From Octopus sinensis (Eukaryota): 64,000 nt of DNA. The notes beneath the pieces are model-generated. The model saw only the letters and a program-made list of their open reading frames with translations. It was not told where the DNA came from and searched no databases. This document shows positions 1 through 12,992 of this stretch, piece by piece; within the stretch, counting starts at the first letter, position 1, and each line of letters begins with the position of its first letter. Made by a program: the position numbers and the translations under genes. The stretch is from assembly GCF_006345805.1 (NCBI RefSeq), contig NC_043010.1:54870001-54934000 (forward strand), written 5' to 3'.

Positions 1-1189
1 CACCACTATCATATTAGCAACAGAGTTGATCAAATTTGAAAGGTCTTCAAGTAATTTCGTTTTGTCGACAGTGTTTGATTCAAACAGTTTATTCACTTTT
101 TGAACATGTTTTAAAATTGGACGCAAAAATAAAAGGTAAAATTCATTCCTAGAATCACAAAATATTTCATGTAACGTTTGTGCTACAAAGCATTTTTCTT
201 TTATAGTTGTAGTTTCGAAGTGAGTTTGCGATTCAAACCATTGGCTTAAAATTCTATTTACAGCTGGTTCTATTGACAGCCACCTAGTTGTACAAGAATT
301 CACAATCTTCAAAGGCACTTTAACATTGATAATAAAGTAAAGTTCTTTGTATGCACTTTGTCTTGTTGAAGAATGAGAGAACCATTTATAGGTTTTGGTT
401 ACTAAAAATTCCAAATTTATGGGCAAGCATTTAGCACAAATGTGTTATACTGCCAACTGTAAAGAATGATATACATATCTAAATAGAAGTAATGATGGAA
501 TTTCTTTTAATTTCTGGAAAACTCCATTCTTGACTCCTATCATTACTCTCGCATTGTCGGTTCCTATAGCCAGTATTTTTTTTTATATCGAATTTGTTTT
601 TCGCTAATTCAATTTTTAAGTCATCTGCAATACCGTTTGCATCACATGTTTCTAAAGATAACATTCTGGGATATTTTTGTAACACTTTTTTGCTAGCGTC
701 ACTGTAAAACGTGGTAACAATTCCTAACAACTTGTTTATCAATATATCATTGGATTCATCTAATAACAGGCTAAATTTTCTATCTCCTATATCAGAAATC
801 AAATCTCTATCAAAATATGAAGCTAGAACATTTCTCACAATATTTGCACAATTTGTACGATGCAACTTCACTTTGGAAATAATATCACTATCAGATATAT
901 AATTCTTAGATAACTCTATTAAGTGATCACAACTATTAAAGGACGAGTGGCAACAAATAAACATTGCTAAATTTGCCTCAAGCATAGATGTCTTAACATT
1001 TTTGGTTTTAACAAAATTGATAAGAGGAATCATGCGTTGTGAAGTTCATGCCTTATGCTTCTTTGCTTCACAGTCGCTTACTAAAAGATACTATTTTGCC
1101 AAAACATTACATCTACAATATCTGCAATGTGCTTTAGATTGGTCACTAGGTACTTCACACAACCAATTAGTTGTTTTTTCTTTGCTCAT
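1..1189 (-). pseudogene. Decayed hAT-superfamily DNA transposase (runs off the window start)
   Basis: Manual minus-strand translation gives, in order: N-terminal BED-like Zn finger (WLCEVPSDQSKAHCRYC...KKH); first catalytic D region (KFSLLLDESND); after a frameshift in the poly-A run near 575-584, second D (AIGTDNARVMIGVKNGV); CxxH motif (RCIYHSLQLAV); then WFSHSSTRQ and TRWLSIEPAVNRIL. In-frame stops and a frameshift are present. Confidence 0.9.
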
Positions 1190-1230
1190 TTTAATGTAGT
1201 AGGAAGCAAGAACATAAATTGAATGAGTAA

Positions 1231-1624
1231 TCTATATATATAAAGCTGAAGTTGTCTGTGTGTGGCAAGTTTGGTAGCCTTCAACTAACACTATCTCCTC
1301 CGAGACCCTGCGGCGCAAGTTGACCAGAATTGAGGGTATGATAGAAGAAGGCTTGCTCTTCCTTCCGTAGGAGAAAAAATTCAAATCGGACCATGTTAAC
1401 ACAAAAAATTACTTACATCAAAAAGGTGTTTGTTTTCTATGAAAATCCCTATTTTTTACGATTTGTTTTACTGCTGTGTAGCAATGTTTCGGTGTATTTC
1501 AACCAGAAAAATGTTCACTTAAAGAAAAGTGAACATAACTACAAAATGAAAAATGTTTACTTTTCAAAGATTCCAATTCTAAAGGGTCGAAATAAACCCG
1601 AGCAACGCCGGGCGATACCGCTAG
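1231..1624 (+). mobile_element. Non-autonomous Helitron (394 bp)
   Basis: Begins A^TCTATATATATAAAG and ends with the hairpin CCCG-AGCAACGC-CGGG (1597-1612) followed by CTAG^T (1621-1625). It sits between A and T with no TSD, the canonical Helitron termini. Confidence 0.85.
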
Positions 1625-2519
1625 TAAACGTATAAAATTGAAAACACAACTTATCAGTTTGCCACTCACAATTCTTTCATTTGCCGTTAACAATTCTTAT
1701 GATTGCTGCTTACAAAGTTTTGAGGTGAAGAATACTGATTCGAGATGCAGGGTGGCGAACTTAGAAATGGATAAGTAAAATATGGAGAAATCCCAAAGCT
1801 CTGTTCTTATATCAACCTGGGAACGTCATATTTCGCTTCCAATCTTACATTTAATATCTATTGGTAAAACCACAAATATAACTAGAATACTTGAAAAAAA
1901 AAGAAAAAAACAAGTAGAAACCCTTTATATTCCATACAAGATATATAATCCAAAACAAGCATGGAAAAACACAGGCCTATTGTAAAACAGTCAAACTGAA
2001 ATTAAATCAGTGAACCTGTCATAATAAAATCTCATCACTACAGAATAAAGAATTGTTAGGACGAATTTCCATGATTTCATTTTTTGAAACATATTTACAT
2101 TATTGTGTAGTGAGTTCAGGTGCTCCCATGAGTTATTTTCTCTCCCCCTAACCAGAACCACTCTGTATCCAAGCCGAGGGTGGAGGTGGGAGCTGGAACA
2201 GTTCATAACTTGATAAATTTCCGTTTGATAAACTTTCATTTGAAGTTTCATGAAAGTGAAAGAAAAAATTAACAATAGCCGATAGTACAAAAATTTGACA
2301 ACAAGATACTTTAACAGAAGTACAAAAGGAGGAAAAAGAATGAACAAAGGGGTAACTATTGTGGAAATGCCATAATCAGAGAAAAATGGTAAAAACATAT
2401 TCTAAATAAAATTTTCAAACCTGCTATTTGCCTTGATAAATGATAGATTCAAACATTTTCTCCTGACCGTTGGAAAAAAAGTTCTAGACCAAACATAAAT
2501 ATGCTAAATTCGTAACCCT

Positions 2520-2579
<60 letters not shown>

Positions 2580-3619
2580 TACATATCTATATATACGAAT
2601 ACATATGTACACAGACGCACACAGACACACACACACAAACACGCATATACATATACGTATATGTGTGTGAATGTACATATGCAAACACATAGGCTGATAG
2701 ATCTGGATGTTGTCTCACTCCTGTACTGGGATGGCTCTTAGGAATGTCATGCCATTGGAACATCGCTGTGTAGTTCAAGACAAAAATGATATCAGTACTT
2801 ATGCTTTACTGGTCTTTTAGTTTGAAGAGGTAAATTGCGGGGACACAAACAAAACAGCACAGTTTGTCCAACAATGCAGAGATAGAAACACACATCGACA
2901 TAAAAGTATAACAAGATTCTTAAAAAGCAGGACACTTGCACAAGGACTCGCAGCCATGCCAGCCCCTGTATGATGTATAAAATTTAAAATACTATTTGCG
3001 TGTTTGTTTGTGCGTTTTATGTTTAATTTGTGTTTTAGAATTGTCTAGAACTGAGAGGAAATACTGATAGTACTTAAAGGGGAGACGTGACGGACGCATT
3101 GAATTATATGAGGAAGCAGATATATATTAGACGCGGAGTTTATTTCTCGTAGAAACAACAACGTTCATCTATATGTATGTATATATATATATATATATAT
3201 ATATAAATGCACAAGCACACATATGTATATCTATATAAGTGCGTGTTTGCGTGTGTGTATGCGTGTGTGTGAGTGGGCCTATGTAATTTTGTATGCATGG
3301 CTGTCTATTTGCTCGAAATTTGTATGGCGACATATGCATGATAGGTGTAGAATGATTGATTCCGAAGCATACGAATGAAGAGGAAGCAGATGTCTTTGAA
3401 TTACGTTTGGCGTGCCGAAGATGAGTAGGCAATGTGATGATAACACTTGTAATGAAGTAGATGAACAGATTGCACTACATCTTTCATTGCTTGTCAAAAG
3501 GAGGCTATTATCGTGTTTATAATATAGCTGTAGATATTAAGAAAATCACGGGGTTTGGGTCGACTCGATTGAGAACGTTTCGTAAGTTTTTTCTATAATT
3601 GATCTACCTCTCAGAAATA

Positions 3620-4348
3620 ACGAACTTTCTAATAACGCTCTCAAACAATTTCCTGTCTTTCTGGAAAATATATGTCACGTGGCATAATTTAGAATGAAGA
3701 AGATGATGCTTTGAAATTAAAATATAGGGTAGTCACGTCTCGGATGTCCGTTGATTAACGATCTACCCCTTTTAGTACAATATGTATGAAATTTATGCAG
3801 AGTAGGTTCTCACAAAATCTTCGTCGAAATTTATTACTTCAAAATTAATATCAATAACTCCATTCTACGGGTGCTTGGTATTGATTGAGTCAGTAGTTTC
3901 ATATAGGAAGATCTCCCTTTCGGTTTTAATATATCTGCTGTCAGTACAACTGCTTAAGGATGTAAGCATGTGTAAACGAACTTTCTAATAACCCTCTCAA
4001 ACAAGTTCCTGTCTTTCTGGAAAATATATGTCACATGGCATAATTTAGAATAATGGAGATGATGCTTTGAAATTAAAATATAGGGTAGTCCCGTCTCGGA
4101 AGTCCATTGATTATCGATCTACCCGTCATAGTCCAACACGGATCAGAGCAACAACGAAATCTAGTTTATGCAGAGTAGGTTTTCACAAATACTTCGTCGA
4201 AGCTTATTACTTCAAAATTAATATCAATAACTCCATTCTACGGTTTCCTGGTATTGAATGAGGCAGTAGATTCATATAGGAAGATCACCCTTTCAGTTTT
4301 GGGATACCTGCTGTCAGTACAACTGCTTAAGTGTGTAAACATGTGTAA
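3620..4348 (+). repeat. Head-to-tail tandem duplication (about 356 + 373 bp), possibly a Helitron helicase relic
   Basis: Unit 1 is 3620-3975 and unit 2 is 3976-4348; they are clearly similar with one indel. Degenerate translation gives LKLK..GSPV, GFHKYFVEA and EDLPFGF in the order of the Pif1-like Helitron helicase C-terminus. The duplication is certain; the protein identity is tentative. Confidence 0.6.
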
Positions 4349-4990
4349 TACATAATCAGCCATATTTTATTGATGCAGACTTAGTGAAGCCTAACCTTTG
4401 TCAGGTAAAGTGTAAACACATAAAGAGGTAAGGTGAGAACAGATAATTACTCTGCACCAACTAATATATTGAACTCAGGTTATTAAAGGATTTAAGAGAC
4501 ATTATCAATTAGAGATAATTAATTACTATAACCATTTGTAGGTATTATAACACTTCTTCCACTTTCGTCGCACAGACAAACATATTCACACATATATACG
4601 ATTGTATCTAAGTGTTTATGAATTTGTACATCTGTGTGTGTTTGTTTGTGCTCGTGTGTGTGTGCGTACGTGTAAGTGTGCGTGCGTGTCAGTGTTTGTG
4701 TGTGTACGTGTAAGTGTGCGTGCGTGTCTGTATGTATGTGTGTGTGTGTTTAGGTATATGAATTAGAAATCACCTATTGTCATCTATATACAAATTGCTC
4801 CTGGTCGATTGTAAGTACAGAAAAATTCCTTTAGCTGGCTGAATCGGTGGCATTCTGGACCAAACGTTTATCGGTATTTCTTCAGGGTTTACGTTACCCC
4901 GGTCATCTTTGAATTTAATTCTTTAGTGGTCGCTAAAATAACTACCAGCTGATCACTGGGGGATGATTTTATCGACTAACATGCAAATAT

Positions 4991-5070
<80 letters not shown>

Positions 5071-5850
5071 AATATATAAGAGATAATGGTGTCATGGAGA
5101 CCCATATATGTGTATATATACATATATATATATATATGTGTGTGTTTGTGTGTGTGTGTAAGAATTAAGATCCTAACAGCAACGTTTAGGAAGGTTAGTG
5201 AGTTTCAAGCAGACATTAGAAGATTTAAAAAAGTATATGTTCAGAGACAATGGTAGTTTATTAGCATTCAAAATTTTTATTTTATTTTATAATTCACGGT
5301 TAGGAACTGGGGTTGATCTATATGCGAATAAATATCCCAAAATTATGGGATGGAGAAAATATCCAGCAGAACTTCAGAATTAGTAACTATAGAAACGAGG
5401 AGTTCACGGCAAGAATTCCTTGGTTATACTAAGTTTGCTTAAAATCGCGGGGATTGGATTAAAAAGCCCCCGAAAGCAGATTTTGAGCGGAAATCATTTA
5501 TGAAGTAAAAAAGTTTGGTAACTATTACTTCTGAGGTTCTGCTAGTTATGAATCATATGATGTAACATTGATTCTATGTACTCCAGTCCATAATATTTGC
5601 ATATATATATATATATATATATGGCAGAGCTAGGGTTTGGAGAAATAGTGGTGAACGTCATGCCGTCACCTGTGTGGTGAAGAGAGACTCATATGGAGAG
5701 GACTTGTGTTGGCTGAGAAATTGCGCTAATCAGGGTCATACTACTTTTGACGAAAGGGTAGCAAATTCCGCTACTTAGGGTGAACTAAGCACATGCTTTA
5801 TCAAAGCTGTCAAACTCTCTCTCTCCCTCTACCCCCACACATACAGATAG

Positions 5851-5904
<54 letters not shown>

Positions 5905-5954
5905 GCACACACAAATGTAAAATGGATTCGCAAGTATACCGTTATTTTTCTATT

Positions 5955-6074
5955 CATTTATTCGTTTCAGTCATGTGACTGCGGCCATGCTAAAGCACCA
6001 CTTTGAGGGACTTTAGTAAATCGAATCTACCCCAGGACTTGCGTGTTTTAAGCCTAGTAATTATCCTATCAATC
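5955..6074 (-). mobile_element. SINE-F 3' tail fragment
   Basis: Reverse complement of ...GTGCTTTAGCATGGCCGCAGTCACATGACTGAAAC, matching the tails of the full copies at 31368 and 43547. Confidence 0.7.
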
Positions 6075-6132
6075 TCCTGGTTGGAAACGCAAGTTTCTTA
6101 CAGCACAGCCGACGCGTGTGCCAATAGATAAT

Positions 6133-6447
6133 GTGGCACACAGTCGGCTGCGACGACGTGGTTTCCTGTTGATCCGATCAACTAAACAGCCTGCCGGTGA
6201 AATTAACGTGCAAGTGGCTGAGCACTCCACAGACATGTGAACCCTTAATACACTTCTCGGGGAGATGCGGCGTGACACTGAGTGTGAGAAGGCTGGCCCC
6301 TTGTAATACAGGTACAACAAAAACAGGAAGAAAGAGTGAAAGAAAGTTGTGGTGAAGGATTACAGCAGGGTTCGCCACCCCACCCTACGACCGCGATCCT
6401 ACGACCGCGAGTCCGCTGCCTTAACCACTACACCATTGCGCTTCTAC
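6133..6447 (-). mobile_element. SINE-A with internal deletion of the B-box region
   Basis: Matches the 12565-12948 copy. The B-box segment is replaced by a short duplication (CCTACGACCGCGATCCTACGACCGCG). Confidence 0.85.
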
Positions 6448-7842
6448 ACCTAGAGATATACACTTCGATAAATATAGGTAAAGAAATGAAAGTTTACTCC
6501 CTATTATTTTATTCGTTTCATTCATTTGACTTGGGCCATGCTAGAGCACCGTCTTTTATTCATAAATATATGCGATATATTTATGCACGGCGTATATAGG
6601 AGTGCATACAAATGAATATATATTAATAATTTTCTGCACATTTCTGTACATTTACGCAAACACGCTTTATTCCTCACTATGATTTATAAACAACAACATG
6701 TAGGTACATGGACAACTATATATATTATGTCTTCAATATACGGATATAGGAGTGGGTACCATTTTGAATATTGATATTATTTGTATTCACCGTGAATATG
6801 GATATTATGTCGCCAATATAATTGTGGATGAATTCAGAGCTCGGTCGAAATGTGTTATGTATGCATATATGCGTTATATACGTGCGCATTGTGTATGTAT
6901 ATTCATAAAATGTTCGTAAATACATTTAAAGATAGAATTACATACACATATACTCATTCACACATGCATTGCTTGTATTTAGGCTCTGTATATGTATGTG
7001 TGTGTACTTTTTACGTATTTCTTTTCCAAGATATTTGATGTGGAATCGTATGTTCAAAGAGATACAATATTCATATACATATGTACACATACACACACAG
7101 AGACTCACACACACATATATATATATACATACATACATGCATCTATATATACCTTTATGTGTGAATATATATATGTACCTATAAATATGAATATATACAT
7201 ATACTTGCACACACACGTACACATACTCAAAGACACATGCACACACGCATACACATATATGTGCATAGTATCCGTTTGTGCATTCGAAAGCCTTTCAATG
7301 TTGGTGTTCGATTTAAATGTGTATGTAGATCTACACGCTGGCTCGCAACTTTACACGTACGAATATTAGGTTGTTTTAGTTTGCGTAAATGTAAATTAAT
7401 ATTCATTTTGCCTTCTTACAAACCATGTCATGATTTAAATTACATTTAATTACAATTTTCATTTCACCTACTTATTTTCGACAGCATTTTGATTTAGCTA
7501 ATGGCCTCAATTTAAATTTTGTGTCAGTGTTGAGTAACTTGGCGTAGAAGAACGAATTTTTAAATATAACATATTATGCATGTTCGCTTGTCGTAATTTC
7601 TGTTTCCCTTATAGGAAAACTATAAAACTGAAGAAAACACATGCCGTGTGTTACGCCCGCATATACGTGCATACATATAATTCAGAGGAAATCAGTCACA
7701 TGTGTAGTCATACACTAAGACTTTCATTTACACAGTAACAACGCAACACGCATATAGCAATACACCAATATATATATACATATAAGTGTATGTGTGCTGG
7801 GAGGCGTTCCTGTACATGTGTGTGTTCGTGCTTGATATAATA

Positions 7843-7914
<72 letters not shown>

Positions 7915-8500
7915 CAGACGAAAGTGTATATATGTAGATATCTATGCATGTATATATTTACGTATTCATTGGTAATGTATGTATCCTCATGTGACAGAAA
8001 TCTACGTTGCTAAAAGTACAAAACTACATTTTCTTCTTCAAATCTCCACTGTTTAAAATGACACGAATTATTATTTTACGAAGATGACTGAAATTTAATG
8101 ACACTCTTCGATTTTGCGTTCAAGCTCGATGTACTTTTAGTGAATTTTAACAAGAATTTATAACGAAACCATACAGAATACGCTTATACGCATGATATAT
8201 CTCCAGCTTGCTGTGTAATGTACTATATGATGTATATAAAATTGACTAATATGTAGTTAATAAACATTAATTGCTAGTTTGCCTTACTTAAATTCTGTGG
8301 ATGCTCTGTGAATTATTTTAGCACCAGATCAGATACGTTTGTGAATTTGTGAAGCTTTTCATAGTTAAAAGACACGTTCTTATTACAAAATTTCAATCTA
8401 TACCTTACTAATTACGATAATAATAAAGTCTAAAATTAATTAATTAGTTAATAATTTATAATTTTACCAAGTAGTTCGGTATGTTAAAAGAACCATTATC

Positions 8501-8826
8501 GGTAAACTTATACAAAAATTCTATAATTATGAGTATAATTATAATTAGGGTTCATCAAAATTTGCTTCACCATATACCGAAATTTAGAAATAACAGTTGA
8601 AATACTATTCTACAACCATAAGATATCTCCCAGACAACAACACTCAACAACTCACGCAGGTAAAGAGAAAAGAAAAAATGAATCCACCCGTAGAGTATTG
8701 CTGTCTTATAGTAGTAGAATAGTATTTTAACTGCTATTTCTAAATTTCGGTATGTGGTGAAGCAAATTTCGCTGACCCCTAATTATAATTATGCTCATAA
8801 TTATAGAATGTTTGTATAAGTTTACC
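8501..8826. mobile_element. Fold-back MITE with about 125-bp inverted arms
   Basis: 8501-~8625 (GGTAAACTTATACAAAAATTCTATAATTATGAG...) is the reverse complement of ~8700-8826, about 90% identical by eye. The spacer is about 75 bp. No clear TSD. Confidence 0.8.
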
Positions 8827-9083
8827 TTACTTATTACGTGTAGAAGAGGTTGTTGGGGTGATTTTGCATTCATTGGGAATGTCTACCAAACAACTTGCAC
8901 ATGCAAGTACTACCAGTTAAAAGCTCCGTATATCGGAAGCAAGCAAGTGTATGGGGTCATCAGGAGAGAATGCGCGCCGTTTCGGGGCCTACCTCTCGAC
9001 GGCATCAATGCGCACCGCCTCCCCCTCACTGATATGAGGCCCCGCTTGCTAGTTATGAAGAACTCAATCTACTTCTAGCCATC

Positions 9084-9141
9084 GCTAGTCACTGGATTTG
9101 GTTAAAAAGAAGTCTCTTTTTAACCAAATCCAGTGGCTAGC
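9084..9141. other. Near-perfect 27-bp-stem hairpin with 4-nt loop
   Basis: GCTAGTCACTGGATTTGGTTAAAAAGA-AGTC-TCTTTTTAACCAAATCCAGTGGCTAGC; the only non-Watson-Crick pair is a U.G wobble on the + strand. Confidence 0.9.
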
Positions 9142-9801
9142 CTTCTCCACTGTAGATTGGTAATGATGGTAAAACCATTAATAATTATTTTCTCGTGCTT
9201 GTGCTACCTTGCTAATATGCATATCGAAACAAGCACTGCTTGTGAATTGTAGTACCAATCTAAAATATAATTATTGATCTTTGTTTAATTGCAGTATCCT
9301 CGAAAAATCTCACTCAACCAATTTGTACGGCATAGATTTGTTGGTAACGGAGATTTCTAAATCAAGTTGCGACCAATTTTTGCTTTGTATTTTTTTGCTT
9401 CCTTTAAAAAATCTGTTTTATTTCTATGTGTTCCAGAAACTGCTGCACATCTGGCCGGAAATTTCGTAATGATAATTCTTTAGGAGAAACTTCTGAGAAA
9501 CATCATTACTGCCTTGATCTCCTACCACTAGCTTTTAGAAACACTAATAGATTTGGAGTATAGATACGTTTACGAAAGGAGATGTGAAAGAAAGGATAAA
9601 TATCGGCAGGTAACTGAATGAAGGCAATTTCTGATTGGGAAGCAATTATCTTTAATGAACTGTAATATGCCTTATTGTTGCAGAGAGAGAACAAAATGAT
9701 AATGGTAAATGTATATGTCACTTTAAAAGATATAATAAATCACGAGATATATTAAAGAAATTACACATTGAATGTAATAGAATTTTGTTAGTTTCATTAA
9801 A

Positions 9802-10183
9802 GGCGGCGTGCAGGCAGAAACGTTAGCACGCCGGGCTAAATGCTTAGCAGCATTTCGTCTGTCGCTACGTTCTGAGTTCAAATTCCGCCGAGGTCGACTT
9901 TGCCTTTCATCCTTTCGGGGTCGATTAAATAAGTAGCAGTTACGCACTAGGGTCGATATAATCGACTTAATCCGTTTGTCTGTCCTTGTTTGTCCCTTCT
10001 GTGTTTAGCCCCTTGTGGGTAGTAAAGAAATCGGTATTCCGTCTGTCGCTACATTCTGAGTTCAAATTCCGCCGAGGTCGACTTTGCCTTTCATCCTTTT
10101 GCGGTGAGACACTGGGGTCGATGTAATCGACTGGTCCCCTCCCACAAAATGGCTTCCCTTGAGGAAAAATTTGAAACTATTAT
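9802..10183 (+). mobile_element. SINE-G dimer (one head, long-tail unit plus short-tail unit)
   Basis: Head GGCGGCGTGCAGGCAG, B-box-like GAGTTCAAATTCC, core GACTTTGCCTTTCATCCTTTCGGGGTCGAT. The second unit restarts at GGTATTCCGTCTG near 10032. Confidence 0.9.
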
Positions 10184-10221
10184 TTATATATAATTAAGAT
10201 GGTCAGGTGTTTATGTGCATA

Positions 10222-10420
10222 CTTCAGCTGGCAGAATCATTATCGTGCGGGACAAAATGATTCACGTGATTTCATTTGTCTTCACGTTCTGAGTTCAAAT
10301 CCAACGATTTCGACTTTACGTTCCATCCTTTCAAGGTCGATGATATATATATTAGTGGTGAATATAATCGACTAGTCTTTCTCCCAAAATTTCAGGCGTG
10401 TTCCTAGAAAATGATTATTT
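10222..10420 (+). mobile_element. Degenerate SINE-G monomer (short tail)
   Basis: GCTGGCAGAATC head, GTTCTGAGTTCAAATCC box and TTCCATCCTTTCAAGGTCGAT core. Confidence 0.65.
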
Positions 10421-12059
10421 AGGTTTACTGGTTCGCCTTGTGTAAAGGCAAACTTTGAACATGGAAGTTCGCCATTTGAAATATTCCCCGAGTTTTTGAC
10501 GGATGAAATATTCAATATATAGCGGACGAAACGAATGGCTATGCTGAAAACCATTCCCACCATGTCAAGGCGATGCAGGGCATGACGGTGATTGGTTTTC
10601 AACCACAGAGGACGACAGAATCAAAGTTCTGTTTGCCCTGCTGATACTGATAGACATCGTGAAGAAACCGACTCCATCATATTGGAACTTCTAAAAAGCC
10701 ACGTCGACAATTTTCGGATCCTTACCTTTTGACCGGCAGATTTAGAAACCGTTGTCATGGGGTTAAAAAGTAGAATGAGATGCAAGGTAATCTATTTCTT
10801 GGAACACGATTTCTCAAAGCCTAAAACAAGATAGGTGTAGTTTGAATGCATTTCTTCTTAAATATTTTTTAGTCTGGGCTAACGTCGTTTTACAAATAAC
10901 GATGACAACATTCGCTGCACGAGCAATACCGCAAACAATAAAAACATCAGAAAAAATACACGAATAAGGAAAGCAACGTGGATGAATTGATATGATCGAT
11001 GGAGCGTTGAGCATATTGCTTCACACAATGTTTGTACTGCTGCAGTCTCAGTTCAAATACTTCCAGGGCTCACTTTACCAATGCCGGTAGCTGATTATCG
11101 GAACTATACGTATGTTAAACATATCTGTTAAAATTGAGTCCAAATCTCTTTCAAATTACACATCTCAATTTAAAAATGAGCACAGAAAAATACATTGTAA
11201 AATAAACACAGTCTTGAATGCGTTGAATAAAGTGGAAGTTCCTTGTTAGAGCTTTCTTCCATAATCGATCAGTACAGTTGGGGTTGGCCGGCAGCAAAAT
11301 AAGGTCAACATCAAGATAAAAGTTATCAATAACAGGAAGAAATTGCTACTAATAATGGCCATATTTCTTTTAGATCACACTGCGCTGCTTTAAAAGGGAA
11401 AAGAACAAGCATTATATTATATTATATTATATTATATTATATTATATTATATTATACTGCGCGAGATTGACGATAAAAACGAACATGCGTTTATGATCGC
11501 TAAGTCTTTGATCTTAGTCCTTCTTGAACGAGGCGGTCCTGAAGCGCAACACCAACTGAAGCTACAACAATAACAGCAACAAAGGCAACAACAACAAAAG
11601 CGACAACAAAAATACCAGTCGCAATACCACCACCACCACCACCACCGCCAACACCACCTAATCATCAACATCAATAACATCAATTTTAAATACAATGGCT
11701 TCAATGACATGTGGACGGTGAATATAATTTTCCTCGTTTTCCTTTCATATTTAGATTTCACGTTAATTGTAGAACCACGCCGCTATTAGCATATAATTGA
11801 GTATGTTAAATACGGAGTGTAGATCACAAGATATAATTAATAACAGACTACTTTATCACGCTTCTTTAGTTCTGATGGGTGCTTCGGTTGATGTAACCTT
11901 ACTCTTAAATTCAACTAATTTGCCGCTTATATTAACAACCGATCAAAGAAAAGATCTGGTCATTATGAGCAGACATTCGTTTTGATAATGAGTAAACACT
12001 ATGACATAATGTAGATAACTTTATGCATACATGTTAGCCTATTTGATGGTGACTTACTA

Positions 12060-12222
12060 TGCACGCATGGCTGCCTAATAAGTAGCTTGCTTAACAACCA
12101 CATGATTCTGGGTAGAGTCCCATCCCGTGGCACTCTGGGCAAGTGTCTTCTACTATAGCCTTGGGCCGACCAAAGCCTTGTAGGGGTGTTTGACGGAAAC
12201 TGAAAGAAGTCCGTTATGTATG
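12060..12222 (+). mobile_element. SINE-F 5' half ending in a (TAC)n tract
   Basis: AAGTAGCTTGCTTAACAACCACATG...GGGCAAGTGTCTTCTACTATAGCC...GGAAACTGAAAGAAG matches 31368-31530. Confidence 0.8.
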
Positions 12223-12247
12223 TACTACTACTACTACTACTACTACA

Positions 12248-12282
<35 letters not shown>

Positions 12283-12344
12283 AAATAATAATAATAATAA
12301 TTAAAGAATTTAGTAAAATATGTTGGTTATCATTAAGCAAGTGT

Positions 12345-12472
12345 TAGGAACATAAATTGTGACTAAGGTTTGGTGGAAGATTTATTTCAGAAAATTCAAA
12401 AACGAGACAATTGTACTCAGAGCCAGGGCCAGTTTCATCCGGGTTAATAACGAAAGGGTTATAGGTCACCAG
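12345..12472 (-). mobile_element. Possible piggyBac-like MITE terminus
   Basis: The minus strand begins (A)TAA-CCCTTTCGTTA, resembling TTAA|CCC piggyBac-type ends. The partner TIR was not found. Confidence 0.35.
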
Positions 12473-12564
12473 GCCTTGTGAGAAAATGTGATTATTTACA
12501 AATATGTTGATAGGTATACGATGGAAAAAAAAGAAAGAAAAAAGAAAATTGCTTTCTAATGAAT

Positions 12565-12948
12565 GTGGAGGTGCAATGGCCCAGTGGTTATGGCAGCGGA
12601 CTCGCGGTCATAGGATCGCGGTTTCGATTCCCAGACCGGGCGTTGTGAGTGTTTATTGAGCGAAAACACCTAAAGCTCCACGAGGCTCCGGCAGGGATGG
12701 TGGTGATCCCTGCTGTACTCTTTCACCACAACTTTCTCTCACTCTTACTTCCTGTGTCTGTTGTACCTGTATTTCAAAGGGCCGGCCTTGTCACTCTCTG
12801 TGTCACGCTGAATATCTCCGAGAACTACGTTAAGGGTACACGTGTCTGTGGAGTGCTCAGCCACTTACACGTTAATTTTACGAGCAGGCTGTTCCGTTGA
12901 TTCGGATCAACCGGAACCCTCGCCGTCGTAACCGACGGAGTGCTTCCA
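12565..12948 (+). mobile_element. SINE-A, full length
   Basis: tRNA-like head with A box TGGCCCAGTGG and B box GGTTTCGATTCCC; tail GGAACCCTCGCCGTCGTAACCGACGGAGTGCTTCCA. Near-identical to 28529-28919 (reverse complement). Confidence 0.92.
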
Positions 12949-12959
12949 TATTCCATATG

Positions 12960-12992
<33 letters not shown>

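Noticed and set aside
1991-2780. Host-gene exons on the minus strand (135-aa ORF; 47-nt AG/GT-bounded segment near 2720-2767)
   Set aside because: Splice-like signals exist, but there is no recognisable domain or consistent reading frame; RNA-seq would be needed.
8965-9050. HDV-like or hammerhead ribozyme
   Set aside because: There is no room for P3/L3 and no P1.1 GG; on the minus strand CTGATGA and GAAAC are in the wrong order and spacing for a hammerhead.
10600-10830. Exon or MULE-transposase fragment (..ILELLKSHVDNFRILTF*PADLETVVMG..)
   Set aside because: Stops occur in all frames and the motif similarity is too weak to call.
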